This document shows positions 29,125 through 36,066 of a stretch of DNA of 64,000 nucleotides, piece by piece; the first letter of the stretch is position 1, and each line of letters starts with the position of its first letter. Source of the DNA: Thermosynechococcus sp. (GTDB lineage: Bacteria > Cyanobacteriota > Cyanobacteriia > Thermosynechococcales > Thermosynechococcaceae); assembly GCF_046299655.1 (NCBI RefSeq), contig NZ_JBKBHZ010000007.1, forward strand, positions 7,370 to 71,369. The letters run 5' to 3'. The position numbers and the translations under genes were made by a program. The notes beneath the pieces were generated by a model. The model worked only from the letters and a program-made list of their open reading frames with translations, ran no database searches and was not told the origin of the DNA.

Positions 29125-30558
29125 ATGGGCGGATGGGAGTTTTTACTGCAAAGGGAGGGCGATCGCGCTTGGTTGCCCCTAGAGCCACCCTCGGCGGAAG
29201 TGTTGGAGGGCAGTTACCGCTTGATGGCGCGCTGTCCCGTTGCCGAAACCTCGGTGGAAGTGCAAATTACCCATCTTTACGATGATCAGGGGGTACCCAA
29301 GCAGCGCTATCAACGCCGCACCCACCGCAGTAGTTCGACGGGACTGATGGGCATTTTGCCCTTTACGTATTTGCAGCCGGGGCATTGGGAATTTCAATGC
29401 CGTGTGGCGCAACAGGGGGTGCTCGACTCAGAGGTGTTTGCGATCGCCCTTGATGTCCTTACCCAAAGCGAAGAGTGGGATTTGCCGGCACCAGAAACCT
29501 GTTCTGCGGTTCCAGAGCAGCCAGTGAAAGCTGCCGACCCCCCTAAGCCGCAAGAACCCTCCCCTGCTGAGCTGCCCAGGACGCTCATTGAGCTGCCCCA
29601 AAGTGCCTATACGATCTTTGCCGATGAAACGTTGGTTTTAGAGGGTACAGTTGCCGTTCCGGGTACAGTGGTGATTCGTTTGCGCAATCCCGTCAGCCGC
29701 GATGTGGTACAGGAGCACGCAGTGCCAGCGATCCCCTGCGAGGGGAAATGGGGGTTTCACTGTACGCTCACGTCCCTAGCCGATTATTCAGTCATGGTGG
29801 GGGAAGCCCGCCTCCTGCCCAAGGAACCCCTAGAGCAGAGTGATCTCCGCCAAGTCCAAGCCTTTATGGTCACGGTGTTACCGGCACCGGAGATTCCTGC
29901 TGTCGCCGCCCCGCCCCCTGCCCCTGAACCTGTGTCACCAACAAGGGAAACAACCCATGGCCCGCAGTTGCCAGTCTTAGGAGATATTGCCCTCGAACCG
30001 GTGCCGGTGAGTGGCTTTTCCCTACCGCCCCAACTGAAGCCCGTAAAAGCTCCTGTTGTTGTGGATTTGCCTAGCTTTTGCCAGCCCCTCTCTGCCGTTA
30101 CTGTACCGCCGCCTCGGGAGTTGCCCATCGATCGCCAAGAGCGATTTTGGTCGCGATTGCAACGGTTAGCTGAGTTAGCTCCCCCTGTGGACAGATTGTC
30201 AGTCGAGCCGACGCCCCTCAGCCCTGAAGCGACATATCTATTAAGTCCACCGCAGTTGATTTTAGCCCCTGAACCACTGGTATCGCCGCTGCACCTCAAG
30301 GTGAATTTGCCCGCAACACAACGGGGCTGCTCCGTCAAAGTGTGGATCACCAATGGCGAAACCGGAGAGTTAATTGCTGGCCCCCGCTGGCTGGTGGAGT
30401 TTGATTTTTATCGCTATGGGGATTACTGGCAAACCGTGCTCCACATTGACGTGCCCGCCAGCGTGCGTTCCATTGCTCTCATGGCGATCGCTATTGACCC
30501 CAAAACAGGCGCGGAAAGTCCGGCGGTGACCCTGCGGCGGCAGCTCCAAGTGGCCTAG
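29125..30558 (+). CDS. Hypothetical protein, Pro-rich middle region
   Basis: 477 aa ORF with no domain recognised. Codon usage and HIP1 content are typical of the host. Confidence 0.65.
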   Translation: MGGWEFLLQREGDRAWLPLEPPSAEVLEGSYRLMARCPVAETSVEVQITHLYDDQGVPKQRYQRRTHRSSSTGLMGILPFTYLQPGHWEFQCRVAQQGVLDSEVFAIALDVLTQSEEWDLPAPETCSAVPEQPVKAADPPKPQEPSPAELPRTLIELPQSAYTIFADETLVLEGTVAVPGTVVIRLRNPVSRDVVQEHAVPAIPCEGKWGFHCTLTSLADYSVMVGEARLLPKEPLEQSDLRQVQAFMVTVLPAPEIPAVAAPPPAPEPVSPTRETTHGPQLPVLGDIALEPVPVSGFSLPPQLKPVKAPVVVDLPSFCQPLSAVTVPPPRELPIDRQERFWSRLQRLAELAPPVDRLSVEPTPLSPEATYLLSPPQLILAPEPLVSPLHLKVNLPATQRGCSVKVWITNGETGELIAGPRWLVEFDFYRYGDYWQTVLHIDVPASVRSIALMAIAIDPKTGAESPAVTLRRQLQVA

Positions 30559-32177
30559 CTTTCGGGTTCCGGTTGTGTTTCTGCCCGCTCAAAAGCCGGA
30601 CAATAGCCCTCCGGTGCCACTTTGAAGTTGTAGAGCGCAGAAGCCTCATTCCAGCAGCGTTGCCCCCGATAAAACTGGCAATTAAAACAGCTCTCCTGAT
30701 CGGGGGCGATCGGAACCGATGCTCCACCCAGCACTTCCTTGGGGGTCATACCGCGAATCAGCAGTTGCTCTCCCTGCCATGAGGCAAGAACAAAACCGGT
30801 ATCCGCCAACCGTCGCCAACGCGGATCCGTGGTAATAGACGCGGGTAGGCGAATCATCGCTTCATCGTTCCACTCACTCACCTCCCCCTCATAGGCCAGT
30901 TGCACCAATGAACTTGGCGTCGAAAGCGTCAGTTGGCCAATGGGAAATTGAATCGTCGAGCCACTGGTGGGGGTGTGCAGATGGTAGCGGTTGCTCAATT
31001 CATTCAGGCTGGCTAAATCCGCAAGGTAGTTGGGATCGCCGTGGATGAGCACCACATGCTGCGGGCGAATATTGTGAATCAGTTGAGTCGTCGCAGGGCC
31101 ATCGGCATGGAGGGAGAGTAAAAACGTATCCACTTCCACATTGGGTAATCTGGCTAAGTCAGGATCTATGCCCCGAAAGGGCTGACCATAGCGCAGACGC
31201 GGATAGAGCACCAGCCAAGGCCGTCTCCCCTGAGCCACGTAGGGACGCAGGTCTTGATCCTCCTCCACAAGAACAATGGTGGGGGCTTCGCCTCGAATTT
31301 GCGCCAAACTACTCAAGGGCTGCACTTGGGGTTTGACCCGCTGATCCCAAAAGAGAGACTGGTGTTGAGCAAAATTTTGAATGGCCGTGGGTAAATGGGG
31401 CAAAACCGTGAGGTAGGCATCACAGCCGCGAGCGATCGCTGGCGTGACCCAAATTTGAATCGGCTGTCCCGTAAAAAGATGATGACTGCGCAGCAGGATC
31501 AGAATTTCTTGAGCGGTACCGAGGGGTGGCAGCGGCAGTAGCACATTGTAGCCTTGATCCACCGCCGTGCGGATGCGTTCTGCCAGTTGGTTTTCCTGTT
31601 GACGGCGGTGGGGATGACGCGCCGTGCCTAGGCTTGCCTCAATGATCAGCACATCCGGCTGCAATCCCCGCAGATCCGCAAGGGGTAATCCTTCTGTAAA
31701 GCGCGTGTGGGAGAGAAAGAAATCCCCCGTATAGACCACGCTCAGGGGCGGTTGCTCTGTGTTTGGGTCTTGGTAGGTAAGGGCAAAAACAGCGGCTCCC
31801 GGTAAATGTCCCGCAGGAAAGAGTTCGGCCGTCAGACCATCCCCAAACTCAACGGGCGATCGCCAAGGCAGGGCGCGGCAAAAAGGGGGTACCGTTTCAT
31901 CCGGCCAATTGAGGGGCAAAAGCTGCGTTGTCACCTCACTGGCATAGATGGGAATGTGGGGAAAGCGGCGATGGAGTGCCAACAGACTCTGGGCATGATC
32001 CGCGTGGGCATGGCTACAGAGCACCAGGTCAAAGGGATGCTGTTCAATTTCATCTAGGGGCAAAACATCAAGGGACGGCACCCCACAGTCCAGCAAAATC
32101 CGATAGGTGCCAATTCCTAAGCCAATGCACACCCCCTCATCGGCGTGACCCACCCCATAGTTGAGGCACTCGATCAT
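30555..32177 (-). CDS. MBL-fold metallo-hydrolase (beta-CASP-like) with a C-terminal Cys-rich domain
   Basis: 540 aa with CSHAHADH, GHLPGA and HGD motifs, plus a C-terminal CFNCQFYRGQRCW...CPAFE. Confidence 0.85.
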   Translation of the reverse strand: MIECLNYGVGHADEGVCIGLGIGTYRILLDCGVPSLDVLPLDEIEQHPFDLVLCSHAHADHAQSLLALHRRFPHIPIYASEVTTQLLPLNWPDETVPPFCRALPWRSPVEFGDGLTAELFPAGHLPGAAVFALTYQDPNTEQPPLSVVYTGDFFLSHTRFTEGLPLADLRGLQPDVLIIEASLGTARHPHRRQQENQLAERIRTAVDQGYNVLLPLPPLGTAQEILILLRSHHLFTGQPIQIWVTPAIARGCDAYLTVLPHLPTAIQNFAQHQSLFWDQRVKPQVQPLSSLAQIRGEAPTIVLVEEDQDLRPYVAQGRRPWLVLYPRLRYGQPFRGIDPDLARLPNVEVDTFLLSLHADGPATTQLIHNIRPQHVVLIHGDPNYLADLASLNELSNRYHLHTPTSGSTIQFPIGQLTLSTPSSLVQLAYEGEVSEWNDEAMIRLPASITTDPRWRRLADTGFVLASWQGEQLLIRGMTPKEVLGGASVPIAPDQESCFNCQFYRGQRCWNEASALYNFKVAPEGYCPAFERAETQPEPES

Positions 32178-32209
32178 GAATGACGATCAGTCACCCTCCT
32201 TCGTCAGTT

Positions 32210-32344
32210 TTAGTGAGCAGAGCCGTTACCGTGGTAATTATCGGTGTCGTAGAAACCATTGCGGGTGCCAAAGACCAAACACAGCAAAATAAACAGCGGC
32301 GTAAGGGCTAGTAGAATTGGCTTCACGTTAATGGCAGCATCCAT
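32210..32344 (-). CDS. Small single-pass membrane protein (44 aa), absent from the ORF track
   Basis: Hand translation gives MDAAINVKPILLALTPLFILLCLVFGTRNGFYDTDNYHGNGSAH*. SD GAGGAG lies 8 nt upstream. It sits between thyX and the MBL gene on the same strand. Confidence 0.55.
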   Translation of the reverse strand: MDAAINVKPILLALTPLFILLCLVFGTRNGFYDTDNYHGNGSAH

Positions 32345-32408
32345 GGTTGCGCTCCTCGCTATAGTGAACGGAGTCAAGGGTGGCTTCTGCTACTCAGTGT
32401 ATCGCGGA

Positions 32409-33224
32409 TCATTGGCAGGGATTTGCTGATTTTCTCTCCTCAAAGTAACGCAGTTGTCGCCAACCGACAAAATTCGCATAGGGCTGGCGATCGCCCATAC
32501 ATTCAGCCACATGTTCTAAGGGAGACAGGTGCTTTGGTTCTGCCCCCGCCAAGCGTTGATACAGGGCTAGATCCGCTTCTGGGTCACTGCGTCTGCCATC
32601 CCGTAGATAGTAAGAGACACGGGCACAACGTGCCACAGACATATACTTACATTCCTCCAAACTGTATTGTTCCCGTTCATGGGCGTCAATATAGGGAAGG
32701 TGCCAATCCCCCACAGCCACGGGTGTCGGTTCGTGGGTTTCCAGCAGATGCTGAATTAGCTTAGCCAAGGCTTGCATTTCGGGCTGGGCGTCGGGGTGGT
32801 TGCGCAGGCGCAAAAAGTTATCCCACTCCGTACTGCTGACCACGGTTTGCATCCACATCCACGGTTCCAGCATACGGTTTACCACCTGCTTGTGAATGCC
32901 GAGCTCATGGAGTTGGCGTGCCCCCTCAAGAACCGCAAGGCGAGTTTTCAACCAGATTTCCTTTGCCGCCTCCTTGTGTTCACTCTCTTGACGTGCCTGC
33001 ATGCCCCGCTGGTTTTGCCCCCAATGGTAGGGAATAACGGGATTCTCTTTTACCTGCGCCATCATCTTTGTGACTGGCACTGCCCGCGAACTGGCGGAAT
33101 TACGGGAAAAGACGCGATGGGTGAGGAGTTCACTGTGGATAAAACGCGGATATGTCAGTTGCAGTGTCACCAAGCGCACCCCTGCTGGTGAAATTGAATC
33201 GGCAATTACACGCCCGTCTTGCAT
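32409..33224 (-). CDS. thyX: FAD-dependent thymidylate synthase
   Basis: 271 aa with the ThyX motif (L)THRVFSRNSASSRA (RHRxxSxxxxSxR-like). Confidence 0.9.
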   Translation of the reverse strand: MQDGRVIADSISPAGVRLVTLQLTYPRFIHSELLTHRVFSRNSASSRAVPVTKMMAQVKENPVIPYHWGQNQRGMQARQESEHKEAAKEIWLKTRLAVLEGARQLHELGIHKQVVNRMLEPWMWMQTVVSSTEWDNFLRLRNHPDAQPEMQALAKLIQHLLETHEPTPVAVGDWHLPYIDAHEREQYSLEECKYMSVARCARVSYYLRDGRRSDPEADLALYQRLAGAEPKHLSPLEHVAECMGDRQPYANFVGWRQLRYFEERKSANPCQ

Positions 33225-33296
33225 CTTTAGTCTCTTCTGAATCTCTGCCTTTTCTAGGCTAGTGCAAGGGGAACACCGTCCGCGCGATCCGCTACT

Positions 33297-34110
33297 ATGG
33301 TGCGCTCTGCCTCTTCTGTTGGCTTATCTGTTGTCAAGGTGATTTTTAGTTGGCAAACAAATATCTATCAAGCCCGGCAATTGATTACCGAGCGCTTGCA
33401 GGAGGTGCGCGATCGCCTACTGGCGAATGCCTCACCCCAAATTTCACCGATTACCTCCCCCATCGCCACGATTTTGATGTATGCCCTCGCCCCCAATGTG
33501 CCCACTGCATCAGATGCTACCTCCCTCATGGAACTGCGCCAGCTTGTGGATCAAAAAGTGGTGAATCGCCTCTTGGCGGTGGCGGGGGTGTCCCAAGTGA
33601 TTGCCTATGGTGGCGATGTGCCCCAGTATCAGGTACTAGTTCATCCCGATCGCCTTGCCGCACAGCAGGTTTCCTTGCAGGAGGTAGTGGCGGGGGTGAG
33701 TGCTACCAATGAAAATGCAGCGGGTAGGGTCATTGTCACTGCCGATCAGGAGTTGATTGTGCGAGGCATTGGTCGGGCAACATCGGTGGCTGATTTAGTA
33801 CGTTGGCGGCAGGGGTGATTGCCGTGCTGATGTATTTTGCTGTCAAGTCCATCCCCGCCATGCTGATGATTATGGTCAATTTACCCTTCCTTGGCCTTGG
33901 TGGGGGGCGTCTTGGCGATCGCCCTCAGTGGTGGTGTTCTCTCAGTGGCTTCCCTCGTGGGCTTTATTACCCTATTTGGAGTTGCCACCCACTGCCCTGA
34001 CCCTACTGGTACTGCCTGCGTTTTACAGCCGTTTTGGCCGCTGGTTGCACCCCAAGGCCGTAGTTCATCATCAAGCCTTACCCTTTCATACAGGAGTTCC
34101 CCACGTCTAA
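33297..34110 (+). pseudogene. Remnant of a CusA/CzcA-type heavy-metal efflux RND pump
   Basis: The 173 aa ORF (VKVIFSWQTNIYQARQLITERLQEV...QYQVLVHPDRLAAQQVSL...) matches the N-proximal periplasmic part of CusA/CzcA. It is joined directly to extreme C-terminal TM segments split across three frames (MVNLPF.., LVGGVLAIALSGGVLSVASLVGFITLFGVAT.., LTLLVLPAFYSRFGRWL). About 85% of a ~1040 aa pump is missing. Confidence 0.8.
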
Positions 34111-34582
34111 CCCATCCCGTTGGCAAGCGCTGATCGCTGGCCTTAGTCTCCTGAGCTTGAGTGCCTACCTAGGGTGTACCCCTTCGCCCCAAGGTGAAGC
34201 AACCCCTAGCCCACCACCTGCCTCCAGCCAACAAACCCACAGCCACGGGGGGCAAGGGGGGCAAATCATTGAGACGGGATGTTACCATCTGGAACTGATA
34301 GTGGGTCGTGAGGAGGGAGGCCTGCACATTGACTTCTACATCCAAGAGGGAGAAGACCATATTCCCGTGGGTACCGCCAGCGTTACTGCCAACATTGAAA
34401 CGCCAACGGGCGATCGGGTTACTCTACCGATGACCTATACCCCTGAGGATGAACACTACACCGCACGGCTAGCCAATCCCGTGGCAGGAGACTATCGCAT
34501 TGTTCTCCTGAGCACCATCAATGGTGAACCCATTAACAGTCGTTTTCGTTATGAACCCGATGAGGGAGGAATCCAAGAATGA
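34103..34582 (+). CDS. Putative periplasmic lipoprotein (metal-resistance-associated), possibly start-codon defective
   Basis: The ORF track starts at TTG 34157, inside a signal peptide. In-frame upstream sequence encodes (ACG)SNPSRWQALIAGLSLLSLSAYLGC, with SD CAGGAG (34091-34096) 6 nt before ACG 34103. The mature part is beta-rich and Ig-like in character. Confidence 0.5.
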   Translation, partial: TSNPSRWQALIAGLSLLSLSAYLGCTPSPQGEATPSPPPASSQQTHSHGGQGGQIIETGCYHLELIVGREEGGLHIDFYIQEGEDHIPVGTASVTANIETPTGDRVTLPMTYTPEDEHYTARLANPVAGDYRIVLLSTINGEPINSRFRYEPDEGGIQE

Positions 34583-35433
34583 CCCCACCACGCTTTATCC
34601 AACCCACCCTCTTGGGACTGGCCATGCTCTTCAGTGGGGCGATCGCCACCCTTGGGATTGCCCAGGAATGGCCCATGGCCATGCCCCATGGCCACCATCA
34701 CCTGCACCACAGTCCTAGCCATGACCACGGTGGGGGGTCGGCCACAACCCATGCGGAACTGGTGAATACGCCCACACCGACTCCTCAACAACCAACCACC
34801 TTTACGCTGGCCATTCGCACCCATACGGACGAGGCAGTGACGCAGTTTGAGCGTTTTCACGAGGAGCTAATGCACCTGATCATTGTCAGTGATGATTTTC
34901 AAGTGTTTCAGCACCTGCATCCCCGCTATCTGGGTGACGGTCAGTTTCAAGTCACAACCACATTGCCCCAAGGGGGAGGCTACACCCTCATTGCCGATTA
35001 CAAGCCCACTGATGCTAACGAAACGGTGGCGATGATCCCAATCGCAGCTCAAGGCGCAGCGCCGCCTCCCCCTGCCCCCACTGCCCAAACCACCCAAGTG
35101 ATTGGCACAACGACAGTTGAACTAAAACTCCCTCAACCCCTCAAAGCTGGTTCAGCCGTGGAAGTGGCATTTCGACTACGGGATGCTGCCACCCAGCAAG
35201 CCGTTACGGATCTCCGCCCCTACCTCGGTGAAGCAGGGCATCTAGTGATTTTACGGGAGACGACTCCTCTCAAACCCGTTGATTATGTCCATGCCCATGC
35301 TGTGGATCGTCAACCCAAAGAAAAGGTTCGTTTTATGACCCAGTTTCCGACCCCCGGACGTTATAAACTTTGGGGACAGTTCCAGCGGGGCGAGCAAATC
35401 GTTACCGCTCCCTTTTGGGTGACGGTGAATTAG
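34579..35433 (+). CDS. His-rich secreted protein, putative periplasmic metal-binding protein
   Basis: 284 aa with a signal peptide and the His cluster MAMPHGHHHLHHSPSHDHGG. An ATGA overlap with the upstream gene is present. ...HLIIVSDDFQVFQHLHP...PTPGRYKLWGQF resembles proteins found next to Cu/Ag efflux genes (from memory). Confidence 0.7.
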   Translation: MTPPRFIQPTLLGLAMLFSGAIATLGIAQEWPMAMPHGHHHLHHSPSHDHGGGSATTHAELVNTPTPTPQQPTTFTLAIRTHTDEAVTQFERFHEELMHLIIVSDDFQVFQHLHPRYLGDGQFQVTTTLPQGGGYTLIADYKPTDANETVAMIPIAAQGAAPPPPAPTAQTTQVIGTTTVELKLPQPLKAGSAVEVAFRLRDAATQQAVTDLRPYLGEAGHLVILRETTPLKPVDYVHAHAVDRQPKEKVRFMTQFPTPGRYKLWGQFQRGEQIVTAPFWVTVN

Positions 35434-35445
35434 GGGATTGCATGG

Positions 35446-35740
35446 ATGAAGGGGTTGCTCCTTGAGGATGAGCCGGATTTAGGAGCCGCCATGCAGCGGG
35501 TTTTGCAACGGGAAGGCTATGTGGTGGACTGGGTGCAGGAGGGGGAAAGGGCTTAGGCTTACGTTGAGCAGTTGCAGGTGGACTACAGTGTTGCGATTTT
35601 GGACCGGATGGTGCCTCGGCTCTGGGGTTGGAGCTTTGTCAGCGACTGCGTACCCACCACTACACAGTGCCTATTTTGTTGCTGACGGCACGGGATGGTC
35701 TCAGCGATCGCGTTCAGGGATTAGATGCGGGGGCAGATGT
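35446..35740 (+). pseudogene. Remnant of an OmpR-type response regulator (receiver domain only)
   Basis: MKGLLLEDEPDLGAAMQRVLQREGYVVDWVQEGERA then an in-frame TAG (about 35554). A frameshift follows before ..[38 protein letters not shown], after which homology ends. There is no DNA-binding domain. Confidence 0.75.
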
Positions 35741-36066
35741 ATGCTCAATCTCTGCGAGGGGATGTCTCAACTGCTACTTCAGACACAAAACCTGAAACAA
35801 ACGCTCCACCGTGGATTGGGTTGGGGGTAGCTGCTGGGGCGATCGCCTTATTTTGGGCAGGTGTGGGCTGGCAAAGCTACCGAACACGGCGTGCAGCTCA
35901 TGGGGAACCCTCTCAATGTCCTGCCCCCACGAAGGTCAACCCTTAGGAGTCACAAAAGGACCATTGGAGCTTCTCTGTTCTGGAGAGTTTTGGCGTCACG
36001 AGGGCAAGGTGTCTGCCGAACGAGGCAAGATATTTAGTTAGAGATTTAGACACCTTAGAATAAGCA

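Noticed and set aside
33803-34133. Small ORFs 33803..34000, 33891..34133 and 33928..34110 as separate genes
   Set aside because: They are three frames of the same C-terminal RND-pump remnant and are folded into the pseudogene call.
35519-36041. ORFs 35519..35830, 35725..35946 and 35811..36041
   Set aside because: The first is an out-of-frame reading of the response-regulator remnant. The others have no SD or motif and lie in the decayed tail of the locus.
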